From the IMG/VR virus record IMGVR_UViG_3300042891_000711, positions 1-64,000 of that record: a stretch of 64,000 nucleotides of DNA. One strand, given 5' to 3'. Under the pieces are notes generated by a model that was not told the DNA's origin, did no database searches, and saw only the letters and a list, made by a program, of their open reading frames with translations. A program made the translations under genes and the position numbers. Below, one piece after another: positions 19,568 to 28,329 of this stretch. The first letter of the stretch is position 1; the number at the start of each line of letters is the position of its first letter.

Positions 19568-20359
19568 ATGAAACATATCGGAATTATAGGCTTTGGTTAT
19601 GTAGGCGGCGCAGTCGCAAGTAGCTATGCCAACGAACGAATATTAATCAACGACCCGTACAAATATCCAGATACTTCAATCAGTTATGAAACACTTATGA
19701 AAAAGTGTCGTGTGATATTTGTCTGCGTACCTACTCCGCAATCGGATGATGGCACCTGCAACACCAGCATATTGGAATCGGTATTACAAGGACTAGTGGG
19801 CTACGATGGTTTGGTAATTTGCAAATGTACAGCACCACCCAATGTATATACAAGACTTGAAACAGACCTAGCTCTTAAACTTGTGCATGTTCCAGAATTT
19901 TTAACACAGGCACGTGCAAAGTATGATTATGTTAATCCACATAAAATAGTAGTTGGCTGTAAGAAAAAGTTACGCGACGAAGTTGCTGAAGTATTAATGG
20001 CCAGTGCTATCAACTTTGACCGTGTTAATATTGAATACTGTGACATTGCCACTGCTAGTTTTTTTAAATATTTTGCTAACAATATGTTGGCCATTAAAGT
20101 TGTATTAAACAATGAGTTTAGTGTATTAGCCAGTGCCTTAGATGTAGAGTGGAATGAAGTTGCTCGTATTGCTGCAACTGACTCAAGACTAGGTAATACA
20201 CATTGGGCAGTGCCTGGTCCAGATGGACAAGCTGGATTTGGCGGAGCATGCTTTCCAAAAGACACTGCGGCATTTGCTACAATGGCAAAACCGTATAATA
20301 TACCGTTGTCTGTACTTGATGCAGCTATACAAGCAAACAAGTTAATGAGGGATGAATAA
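19568..20359 (+). CDS. UDP-glucose/GDP-mannose dehydrogenase family, short form lacking the C-terminal domain
   Basis: GIIGFGYVG, CVPTP, PEFL, GFGGACFPKD; own promoter TAGACA-17-TAAAAT. Confidence 0.85.
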   Translation: MKHIGIIGFGYVGGAVASSYANERILINDPYKYPDTSISYETLMKKCRVIFVCVPTPQSDDGTCNTSILESVLQGLVGYDGLVICKCTAPPNVYTRLETDLALKLVHVPEFLTQARAKYDYVNPHKIVVGCKKKLRDEVAEVLMASAINFDRVNIEYCDIATASFFKYFANNMLAIKVVLNNEFSVLASALDVEWNEVARIAATDSRLGNTHWAVPGPDGQAGFGGACFPKDTAAFATMAKPYNIPLSVLDAAIQANKLMRDE

Positions 20360-20427
20360 TGATAGGATCATTAATATCAGTAATGGTAATTGGTATAATA
20401 GTAATGATTGTAGCAATATTTCACTAA
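20359..20427 (+). CDS. 22-aa hydrophobic peptide (not in ORF track)
   Basis: MIGSLISVMVIGIIVMIVAIFH; coupled by TAATG overlap. Confidence 0.35.
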   Translation: MIGSLISVMVIGIIVMIVAIFH

Positions 20428-20561
20428 AATACGAGAAATTTAGCTGTCTTTAATGATTTTACGTATGTTTTTTCACCGTTTTAGGTGCTACTATATGTAT
20501 AAGTACTAGTAACAACAAAACATGTTGTGGTACTTTTTAATAATTTACTAGGAGAAATACT

Positions 20562-20633
20562 ATGTGGACTAAACCAGCAGCTACTGAAATGCGTTTCGGT
20601 TTTGAAGTAACTATGTATGTAATGAACAAGTAA
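20562..20633 (+). CDS. pqqA: PQQ precursor peptide PqqA (not in ORF track)
   Basis: MWTKPAATEMRFGFEVTMYVMNK with E-x-x-x-Y core; AGGAG SD; own terminator. Confidence 0.95.
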   Translation: MWTKPAATEMRFGFEVTMYVMNK

Positions 20634-20655
20634 TTTATTGTTCCGTACTGCAATA

Positions 20656-20679
20656 ACAAAAGCCCTTCGGGGCTTTTGT
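20656..20679 (+). terminator. intrinsic terminator after pqqA
   Basis: ACAAAAGCCC-TTCG-GGGCTTTTGT. Confidence 0.85.
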
Positions 20680-20693
20680 CACGAATACGGGTT

Positions 20694-20759
20694 ATAAATT
20701 TTTTTAATGATAGGTATAAGAAAATTTAATTAGACAAGTGAAGTTAATAAGTGTAGTAT
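20694..20759 (+). promoter_or_regulatory. OxyR-type site abutting the sigma70 promoter of ahpC
   Basis: ATAA-N7-TAAT-N7-ATAA-N7-TAAT (20694-20730), then TAGACA-17-TAGTAT. Confidence 0.65.
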
Positions 20760-20783
20760 ATAATTTTAATCAAGGAGAAATAA

Positions 20784-21350
20784 ATGAGTTTAATCGGAAA
20801 ACAAGTAGAAGAATTTAAAGCACAAGCATACCAACAGGGTAAGTTTGTAGAAGTATCAGAGCAAGACTTAAAAGGTAAATGGAGTGTGTTATTCTTTTAT
20901 CCAGCAGACTTTACATTTGTCTGCCCAACAGAATTAGCAGACCTACAAGACGTATACGCAAGTGACTTCAAAGGCTTAGGCGTTGAAGTATACAGTGTAA
21001 GCACAGACACACACTTTGTACACAAAGCATGGGCAGATGCTACAGACACAATCCGTAACATCACCTACACAATGATTGGTGATGCTAACCATCAGTTGGC
21101 TCGTCAATTTGGTGTGCTAATTGAAAGCGAAGGCTTAGCCGACCGCGGTACGTTTGTTATTGATCCAGATGGTGTAGTACAGATCATTGAGATCAATCCA
21201 GGTGGTGTAGGTCGCGATGCTAAAGAGTTGCTACGTAAAGTTAAAGCAGCAAAATACACACGTGAACATCCAGGTGAAGTATGCCCGGCTAAATGGCAAG
21301 AAGGAAGTGCTACACTAGCACCAAGTTTGGATTTAGTAGGTAAACTATAA
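20784..21350 (+). CDS. ahpC: alkyl hydroperoxide reductase C (2-Cys peroxiredoxin)
   Basis: [13 protein letters not shown] and GEVCPAKW. Confidence 0.97.
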   Translation: MSLIGKQVEEFKAQAYQQGKFVEVSEQDLKGKWSVLFFYPADFTFVCPTELADLQDVYASDFKGLGVEVYSVSTDTHFVHKAWADATDTIRNITYTMIGDANHQLARQFGVLIESEGLADRGTFVIDPDGVVQIIEINPGGVGRDAKELLRKVKAAKYTREHPGEVCPAKWQEGSATLAPSLDLVGKL

Positions 21351-21353
21351 AAC

Positions 21354-21380
21354 AAAAAGCCCCAATTAAGGGGCTTTTTT
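21354..21380. terminator. bidirectional terminator
   Basis: AAAAAGCCCC-AATTAA-GGGGCTTTTTT between convergent genes. Confidence 0.85.
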
Positions 21381-21381
21381 A

Positions 21382-21681
21382 TTACTGCGTCAACACCCAT
21401 TTAACGAGCGTTTTAATATCCTCGTCTTTGATCTGTGGACTCATTGGCGGCATTGGAATAGGACCCCATACTCCACTACCACCTTTCTTAACTTTGGCTA
21501 TAAGTTTAGCCTCTGCGTCAGCTTGACCTTTATATTTGGCAGCAACATCTCGATACGCCGGACCTAATATTTTTTTATCAACTGCGTGGCAAGCTAAACA
21601 GCCACTTTTCTGTGCCAATGCCTGATTAGCATTTGCTGTGATACAACTACCTAATAATAATACTGCTAAAATAGTTTTCAT
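21382..21681 (-). CDS. cytochrome c551/c552 (class I c8, cytochrome cH-like)
   Basis: signal peptide, CLACH heme motif, GPAY, GGSGVWGPIPMPP with axial Met. Confidence 0.93.
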   Translation of the reverse strand: MKTILAVLLLGSCITANANQALAQKSGCLACHAVDKKILGPAYRDVAAKYKGQADAEAKLIAKVKKGGSGVWGPIPMPPMSPQIKDEDIKTLVKWVLTQ

Positions 21682-21800
21682 TTTGATCCTTTCATAAAAA
21701 TTGTACCTGCATAGTATTTAACATCTATGTAAGAAAGAAGTTTATTTTTTTTGATTGAATTTCTCTTGACAAAAAACCCAAAAGAGTAAATAATAGTAAT

Positions 21801-23825
21801 ATGATGAAAAATAAACTTAAAAAACTCCTAGTCAGTCCGTGGACTGCATTAATTACATTAGCTGTTATTGTGGTAGTAATCCTACAAGGACCTACGTTTG
21901 TAGAGTCAGTTAGACTTAGATACTTTGACACCCTCATTGGCGGCAAGGCTCCTACAGAAAATAATATCTATACTGTAAACATAGATGAAGCTACATTAGA
22001 CAAGTATGGACAATGGCCATTCAAACGTGACAAGTATGCCAACCTAATTGATGACCTGTACAAACATGGCGCCGGCCTAGTTGTTTGGACTGTTATGATG
22101 CCAGAAGCAGATCGTCAAGGTGGCGATGCGGCCTTAGCATTAGAGTTAGAAGATCATCCAGTTATCTTAACTAACATGCCAAGTCAAACAACTAAAAACA
22201 TTCCACGTAAACCAGGCAGTGCTGTTATTGGTGATGAATACAGCGACACAATTATCACCTATCCAGGTATTATTGCTAACATTCCGGAACTAGAACGTAA
22301 TGCCGCAGGTGTTGGTATTGCTAATACGTTTCCAGAAGTGGATGGTGTTAATCGTCGACTACCATTGTTTGTTGGTTATGACAATAACGTATATCCAAGT
22401 ATTCCATTAGAAGTATTACGTGTTATATCACAGGACTCAACTTTCCAAGTTAAGTTAAATGAATTTGGTGTAGAGAAAATGCGCATACCAAGTTTCCGTC
22501 CTATTAGCACAGACAGTTTGGGTCGTATCTGGGTAGACTGGAGTCAAAAGTCGACACAGGTATCAGCAGTTAATTTACCTAAAGACTTTGGTGGTGCTGT
22601 GGTTATTGTAGGCCTAAGTGCCGCAGGTTTAGCTAATCCTGTGCCAACTAGTATCGGTAGTGTATGGCCACAAGACATGCAGGCCGCTGTTATTGGCACA
22701 CTTGCTAACAACGTAAACATTGAACGTCCATTCTGGGCAGACAACGCCGAACTGTTAGCTCTTATTGTTATCTCACTTATTATTTTAATCTTAAGCCGTT
22801 GGGTATATGTTGGCTTAGGAGTTGGTGTTGTATTGCTTGCGGCAATTACACCTGTAACAATGTATGCGTTTGCACACTATAACTTCTTGTTTGATGCTAT
22901 TGTGCCCACAGCAGGTGGTGTACTGGTTATGCTACACGCTTATGGTGTTAAATTCATCAGCGAGTTCTTACAGAAACAACAGATCAAGAAACAATTTGGT
23001 AGTTATGTCAACCCTACTATTGTTGAACGTTTACAAAAGAATCCAGAGCTGATTAAACTAGGCGGCGAACGTAAAGAACTTTCAATTGTTATGACTGACC
23101 TACGTGGCTTTACTACATTAGGTGAATCGTTTGGTGATGATGTAGAAGGACTTACACAGATCATGAACGACTACATGACCGCATTGAGTATTCCTGTGCT
23201 TAAGAATGATGGTACTTTAATTAAGTTTATTGGTGATGCTAGTTTACACGTACATGGTGCTCCATTAGACGATGTTGACCACGCTAAGACTGCGGTTAAG
23301 ACAGCACTTGAAATGATCAAAGCCATTGAAGACTTTAACGTAGAACTTACAGCTAGTGGTCGACCGCCGGTTGGTATGGGTGCAGGTGTTAACACAGGTG
23401 AAACCTTAATTGGTAATATTGGTGCTAAGAGCAAGTTTGGCTATGATGTCTTAGGTGACAGTGTAAGTACTGCGGCACGGTTAGAAGGACAGACTAAATC
23501 ATATGGTGTATTACTAATCATTGGTCCTAAGACTGCTGAATACTGTAAAGATGCGTTCCCTGTAGTATGGTTAGACAACATTGCTGTTAAAGGCAAAACA
23601 ATTGGTCTAGACATTTACACAGTTGGCCGTACTAATCTTTATATGCATGAAGAATATCGTAAAGAATATACTCGAGGTTCATGGAGTAAGGCTATTGTAT
23701 GGGCTAAAAAGTTAGTTAACAATGATGATGTTGACATTAAACATTACTATGAACTAATGATTGAACGCATGGAACAGGGTGTTCCTGCAAACTGGGACGG
23801 AACATATCATGCTACAAGTAAATAA
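21801..23825 (+). CDS. CHASE2-domain class III adenylate cyclase
   Basis: VNIDEATLDKYGQWPF and DGVNRRLPL (CHASE2); three TMs; TDLRGFT, KFIGDA, YDVLGDSVSTAARLEG. Confidence 0.93.
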   Translation: MMKNKLKKLLVSPWTALITLAVIVVVILQGPTFVESVRLRYFDTLIGGKAPTENNIYTVNIDEATLDKYGQWPFKRDKYANLIDDLYKHGAGLVVWTVMMPEADRQGGDAALALELEDHPVILTNMPSQTTKNIPRKPGSAVIGDEYSDTIITYPGIIANIPELERNAAGVGIANTFPEVDGVNRRLPLFVGYDNNVYPSIPLEVLRVISQDSTFQVKLNEFGVEKMRIPSFRPISTDSLGRIWVDWSQKSTQVSAVNLPKDFGGAVVIVGLSAAGLANPVPTSIGSVWPQDMQAAVIGTLANNVNIERPFWADNAELLALIVISLIILILSRWVYVGLGVGVVLLAAITPVTMYAFAHYNFLFDAIVPTAGGVLVMLHAYGVKFISEFLQKQQIKKQFGSYVNPTIVERLQKNPELIKLGGERKELSIVMTDLRGFTTLGESFGDDVEGLTQIMNDYMTALSIPVLKNDGTLIKFIGDASLHVHGAPLDDVDHAKTAVKTALEMIKAIEDFNVELTASGRPPVGMGAGVNTGETLIGNIGAKSKFGYDVLGDSVSTAARLEGQTKSYGVLLIIGPKTAEYCKDAFPVVWLDNIAVKGKTIGLDIYTVGRTNLYMHEEYRKEYTRGSWSKAIVWAKKLVNNDDVDIKHYYELMIERMEQGVPANWDGTYHATSK

Positions 23826-23828
23826 TAA

Positions 23829-24986
23829 ATGAAAAATCAAATCAAATCAATTGGATTTGCATTAGACCCCGCAGGAACTCCATCTTTTCTATTAGACTGG
23901 GAACTTACTAAGAAATGTAATTTAGATTGTAGTTATTGTGATATTGGAATCGAAGGTGGTCATGATAATAGTATTCCACACCCGCCATTAGACGAATGTT
24001 TGTCTACAATTGATTTTTTGTATGAGTATGTGGATTTATACATGCAGAACAAAAAACCAACTCAGCGCAAAGTTATATTAAATGTCTACGGGGGCGAAAG
24101 TTTATTTCATCCTGACATTGTTAAAATTTTACAAGCGTGTCACGAAAAACACAATAACTATGCAGATCGATGGCATTTAACCATAACCACTACAACAAAT
24201 GCAGTAATTAATAAAAGCATATGGGCAAAAATTGTACCATTGATAGATGAATTTACGGTTAGTTATCATGCTGAAAATTTACCTAAACAAGAAAAATTGT
24301 TCTTTGATAATCTATTATTATTAAAGTCACATAATAAACGAGTTAAGTGTGTAGTAATGATGCACAATCAATTTGAGTTATGGGGCAAGTCTATTAATAC
24401 AATTGAATTTTGTAAAGACCATGACATCAAACACGTAGCAAAGCCGTTTGATAATGAAGATCTATCATACACCACTGAGCAATTTGATTATTTAAAAAGT
24501 TTTTGGATTAAAAATACACCATCTAAAAATGTTGATAGTTCGACAAAAAATTTAAAAACCATAGGCATTACAGAAAAAGTAGTGAGTATATGCGAAGGCC
24601 GTGCCTGTTGTGGTGGCCGCAAATTATCTTTAAATAATGATTTAAAATCTTCGGTCACTTTTATACCTAGGCAAGGATTTTACGGATGGAGTTGTAGCGT
24701 TAACTGGTTTTTTTTATTTGTTCAACAGGTAACTGGCAATGTTTATTTCAATAAAGATTGTCGTATGTCGTTGAATAATCGAGTTGAACCTATTGGTAAT
24801 TTATCTAATACTGCGGAAATATTAACTACATTGCAAACACAATTCGAGACTAAGTCGATGCCAGTAATACAATGTGCAAAACATCTATGTAAATGTGGGT
24901 ACTGTGCGCCTAAGGCTCATACTATCGAAGATTTTAAAGAATTAATTGCAAGGAATGTTGTGACTGATGTTATTAAATTTGAATAA
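23829..24986 (+). CDS. radical SAM protein
   Basis: CNLDCSYC, GGE, C-terminal Cys-rich auxiliary region. Confidence 0.9.
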   Translation: MKNQIKSIGFALDPAGTPSFLLDWELTKKCNLDCSYCDIGIEGGHDNSIPHPPLDECLSTIDFLYEYVDLYMQNKKPTQRKVILNVYGGESLFHPDIVKILQACHEKHNNYADRWHLTITTTTNAVINKSIWAKIVPLIDEFTVSYHAENLPKQEKLFFDNLLLLKSHNKRVKCVVMMHNQFELWGKSINTIEFCKDHDIKHVAKPFDNEDLSYTTEQFDYLKSFWIKNTPSKNVDSSTKNLKTIGITEKVVSICEGRACCGGRKLSLNNDLKSSVTFIPRQGFYGWSCSVNWFFLFVQQVTGNVYFNKDCRMSLNNRVEPIGNLSNTAEILTTLQTQFETKSMPVIQCAKHLCKCGYCAPKAHTIEDFKELIARNVVTDVIKFE

Positions 24987-25767
24987 AATTTTATTTATCG
25001 GCATGTTGCTTTGTATAGGTACAGCAACTGCAAAGCCTATTACTGCCAAAAGTTTCTTAGTATCTGACACTAGTGGCGAAGTTATATTAGAAAAGAATGC
25101 CGACCGAGTACAACCTATTGCTAGTATTACTAAACTAATGACTGTAATGGTGGTTTTAGATGCTAATCAAAACTTAGATGAGATGATTACTCTAGATCGT
25201 AAATTAGTTGGTAAGTATCACACTCGATTGCCTCGTAGTGTTAAACAACTGACTCGTGGTGAACTAATTGACCTTGCTATTGTTAAGAGTGATAACCTTG
25301 CCGCGTATACCCTAGGCGCTAACTATCCAGGTGGGCTAGCTCGTTGTATAGCTGAAATGAATCACATTGCATTTGTGCTAGGTATGTCCAGTACAACATT
25401 TGCCGACCCAACAGGGTTAGATGCAAACAATGTTAGTAATGCCCGTGACCTAGGCAAATTAGTTCTAGCCGCAAACGAATATACAGAGATTACCGAAGCA
25501 AGTGGTAAACCTCAAGTAAGTATAAAAGTTAAACGCCGCTGGTGGCAGTTCGGCAACACTAATCCACTGGTTAGAAATACCAATGATGTACGAGTAAGTA
25601 AGACTGGTTATATAAATGAAAGTGGTGGCTGTGTGGTTATGCTACTTGATACTGAACTAGGACAACGTGTGATTGTGTTACTTGGCAGTAAGAATACTCG
25701 TACTAGATTCCCAGAAGCACAAAAAATCGCTGTAACAGTAAGCCACAGCGATATTGATGTTGATTAG
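24967..25767 (+). CDS. D-Ala-D-Ala peptidase S11 (PBP7/PbpG-like)
   Basis: signal peptide; SITK, SDN, KTG motifs. Confidence 0.9.
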   Translation: MLLNLNKILFIGMLLCIGTATAKPITAKSFLVSDTSGEVILEKNADRVQPIASITKLMTVMVVLDANQNLDEMITLDRKLVGKYHTRLPRSVKQLTRGELIDLAIVKSDNLAAYTLGANYPGGLARCIAEMNHIAFVLGMSSTTFADPTGLDANNVSNARDLGKLVLAANEYTEITEASGKPQVSIKVKRRWWQFGNTNPLVRNTNDVRVSKTGYINESGGCVVMLLDTELGQRVIVLLGSKNTRTRFPEAQKIAVTVSHSDIDVD

Positions 25768-26096
25768 TCACTACCGCCACTAGCGGCGTTGTCATCTTCC
25801 GATTTCTTCTTGTGTTTGCTTAGATCGTTAATTTCTTTTTCAGCTTCGACACGTTCATACTCAATTGTTTTACCACGTAGGTGTAGGACAGTGTTTACTT
25901 TTTGATTCAAACGTATAAGATCATTGTCTAACATACGTATGCGATCTATCAAGGCAATAAGCACAGTATTTGCGTCTGAAATGACTGGTTTTACCTCTTT
26001 TGTGGCCCATTCCCATACGTATTTGATAATGAATCCCATACCCACTGCCATAACAATGGGAAAGCCATATTTGTTTACTAAATCTACTACATCCAT
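25764..26096 (-). CDS. small membrane protein, holin-like (paralog of 27581-27862)
   Basis: N-terminal GFP-x-x-MA TM helix plus coiled coil ALIDRIRMLDNDLIR. Confidence 0.55.
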   Translation of the reverse strand: MDVVDLVNKYGFPIVMAVGMGFIIKYVWEWATKEVKPVISDANTVLIALIDRIRMLDNDLIRLNQKVNTVLHLRGKTIEYERVEAEKEINDLSKHKKKSEDDNAASGGSD

Positions 26097-26644
26097 AATA
26101 AAATCCCTTGTAACATTAAGAATACACCTGCGCCTGCCATAAAAAAGCTACCCCAGAAAAGGGCCATGCTAACACTTAAGATACTAGCTGATAGCAACAC
26201 AATGCTTAGTTGGTATGCTGTTGACGCATAACCTACCCATGGTAGTTGTTGTTTGTAATGGTCACGATCTGCTTCTAATGCTTTAGCCTGAGCAAACAAT
26301 GCTGGTTTACCTTCTTCACCTAACTCGTAACTAGCGGCTTTGTCAGTAAACTTCTTAGCTTTAGCAGGATCTGCGATTTGTTGTGCAGCTAGTTCATACT
26401 GTGTTTGCTTAATGCTTTTAGCTTGGTAGAACGCCCAGATGTCATTGGCCTGAATAGTGTTGTTCATTACTTTACTGTTTAGACTACCCTGTAGCCACAT
26501 GTTAAATGCTAACAATGCCGCAAAGATGTTGATAACTAAACCAGCTTTTGATTTAATTAACTTTTCAGTTGCTGAAACATCTTCTTCAACACCGTCTTTC
26601 TTTTGACGTGTTACCATCTTGATTACTGTATCGTGTAATGCCAT
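26087..26644 (-). CDS. DUF4337-like membrane protein
   Basis: ANDIWAFYQAKSIKQ motif, TM helices; start moved to ATG 26644. Confidence 0.7.
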   Translation of the reverse strand: MALHDTVIKMVTRQKKDGVEEDVSATEKLIKSKAGLVINIFAALLAFNMWLQGSLNSKVMNNTIQANDIWAFYQAKSIKQTQYELAAQQIADPAKAKKFTDKAASYELGEEGKPALFAQAKALEADRDHYKQQLPWVGYASTAYQLSIVLLSASILSVSMALFWGSFFMAGAGVFLMLQGILLWM

Positions 26645-27423
26645 TATCCATTGTCCCCATTCTTCCAACGCTCTAAGATTTCAGCATAGCGTGTAATGCT
26701 GTGATTAGTAAAGAAGTTAATTTCTTTACGTTTAAGTCCTACTAAGAACCCACGCCACACGTCTTTAGTAACCTGCCACGCTGTTGGAGCACGTAAGTGA
26801 CCATAGTGATTCATATAGTACATACCACCAAAGTGTTTGTATGGCCAGGGCGGAACACGGGCTACGATATCAGCATTGTTTACAAAGCGGAAGTGTAGTA
26901 CACCTGTTGCTTCAATTTTATTGATGTAATTTTTAGTGCCTACTTTTGGACTACCATAGGTAAACAAGGCCTGCGGACTGGGGCAATCTTCTGAATACTG
27001 CAGACGATAAGCAACCAATGTAGCCATTGCGGCTCCTAGACTGTGTCCAGTACACCATACCGTACGTGATTTACCATGATCATCAGCAAGGTCTTTTAGT
27101 TTAGGCCAAATATTATCAACTGATTCTTTAAATCCACGATGTATCCATTTTACACCTGACGCACTTTTTACTGGGCGAGCTTTTAGGTCACTAGCAATAT
27201 CAGCGAACTCTGTTGGTTGTGTGCCGCGGCAGGCAATAACTAGATCAGTTTTGTTTTCTAACCAGTATGCTTGACTACCCTTAACATCAATTAAGGTTGC
27301 TTTAAAACCTAATTGTTTAAATTCTTTCTTACCTTCTGCTTCATCTAAATAAGCAAGTTCGCTAATCTTAGCAAACAACCAGGCTTGCTCGGTGAAAGGT
27401 CTCATATTTAACGCTGTTGTCAT
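26644..27423 (-). CDS. class 3 lipase
   Basis: IACRGT, HRGF, TGHSLGAA, TYGSP, DIVARVP. Confidence 0.93.
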   Translation of the reverse strand: MTTALNMRPFTEQAWLFAKISELAYLDEAEGKKEFKQLGFKATLIDVKGSQAYWLENKTDLVIACRGTQPTEFADIASDLKARPVKSASGVKWIHRGFKESVDNIWPKLKDLADDHGKSRTVWCTGHSLGAAMATLVAYRLQYSEDCPSPQALFTYGSPKVGTKNYINKIEATGVLHFRFVNNADIVARVPPWPYKHFGGMYYMNHYGHLRAPTAWQVTKDVWRGFLVGLKRKEINFFTNHSITRYAEILERWKNGDNG

Positions 27424-27572
27424 ATTGCTATTCCTATTAAAAATCCTACTAACATACCCACTACAAAAAATCTAAACAAGTCGGCATCATGCCAAACTGC
27501 CTGTTTCTTCAACCATTCTTGAGTGTGTTCGGGTTGCTTTTCTAACCATACTTGATGTGGTAATTTAAACAT
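27420..27572 (-). CDS. 50-aa membrane protein (not in ORF track)
   Basis: MFKLPHQVWLEKQPEHTQEWLKKQAVWHDADLFRFFVVGMLVGFLIGIAI; GGAG SD; ATGA overlap with the lipase. Confidence 0.7.
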   Translation of the reverse strand: MFKLPHQVWLEKQPEHTQEWLKKQAVWHDADLFRFFVVGMLVGFLIGIAI

Positions 27573-27580
27573 ATTATCTC

Positions 27581-27862
27581 CTAGTCGCGTCGAGCGTCAT
27601 TTTTACCGTCTGCACGTGCAATACGGTCTGTGTCTGGTTTTAAACCTAAAGCATTACTGACGATAGTATCAATACGGATAACATCATGGTTCATAGTTTT
27701 AACGCGATTGTCCAATGCAGTGATGATGCCAGCCATACCTTTAATAGAACCAAGTACGCCAGCTAATAGTAGTTTGATAGTAAGATAAACAAAGTACCCG
27801 CCGGCTAATGCCATTGCAACGGGGAAGCCCAGATCGCCAATTAGTTTGAAGATGTCGCCCAT
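27581..27862 (-). CDS. small membrane protein, holin-like (paralog of 25764-26096)
   Basis: IGDLGFPVAMA TM plus ALDNRVKTMNHDVIR. Confidence 0.55.
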   Translation of the reverse strand: MGDIFKLIGDLGFPVAMALAGGYFVYLTIKLLLAGVLGSIKGMAGIITALDNRVKTMNHDVIRIDTIVSNALGLKPDTDRIARADGKNDARRD

Positions 27863-27897
27863 TAACTGCTCCTTGAATTTTGTTATTATTGTACAAG

Positions 27898-27905
27898 TAT
27901 TTATA
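27898..27905 (-). promoter_or_regulatory. late promoter for the minus-strand membrane/lipase operon
   Basis: TATAAATA on the minus strand. Confidence 0.7.
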
Positions 27906-27907
27906 GA

Positions 27908-27942
27908 TTTTGGTTGACTTTTTGGTTAGATGGCTGTATAAT
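27908..27942 (+). promoter_or_regulatory. early sigma70 promoter (conserved family)
   Basis: TTTTGG-TTGACT-TTTTGGTTAGATGGCTG-TATAAT. Confidence 0.85.
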
Positions 27943-27974
27943 GCTATACATAAACTGTTAATAAGGAAGAACAA

Positions 27975-28259
27975 ATGGCATACGTAGTCTACAACAAAGA
28001 AACAACTAAAACAATACGAGCTAAAGCATACGGTAAAGAATACTATGCCACAGAAGCTGCCGCTAAAGCGTTCTTAACACGTATGGTTAAAATGGGCTAT
28101 CGTAAAGAAGACTTTGCAGTGGCAGAAATTGGTAACTTTCGAGCTAACATTGAAAAATATGAAAATGTTACTAACTTAATGTCGGGTAAACAAGTTCGTC
28201 AAAGTGTTAACACTCCATTAAGTTGTGATGTTAGCTCAGAAACTTATTGGAGTATGTAA
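27975..28259 (+). CDS. hypothetical early protein
   Basis: ORF with AAGGA SD behind an early promoter. Confidence 0.75.
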   Translation: MAYVVYNKETTKTIRAKAYGKEYYATEAAAKAFLTRMVKMGYRKEDFAVAEIGNFRANIEKYENVTNLMSGKQVRQSVNTPLSCDVSSETYWSM

Positions 28260-28261
28260 GA

Positions 28262-28296
28262 TTTTGGTTGACTTTTTGGTAAAATGACTGTATAAT
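28262..28296 (+). promoter_or_regulatory. early sigma70 promoter (conserved family)
   Basis: TTTTGG-TTGACT-TTTTGGTAAAATGACTG-TATAAT. Confidence 0.85.
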
Positions 28297-28329
28297 GTTA
28301 CACATACACTAACAACACAGGAGCAATAA

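Noticed and set aside
23829-24986. Radical SAM genes as PqqE partners of pqqA
   Set aside because: No PqqE-like sequence or canonical C-terminal SPASM motif is recognisable, and no pqqD/B/C is nearby; host enzymes are the simpler explanation.
27934-27950. LexA/SOS box at early promoters (CTGTATAAT...)
   Set aside because: The CTGT-N8-ACAG symmetry is not completed; CTG is just part of an extended -10.
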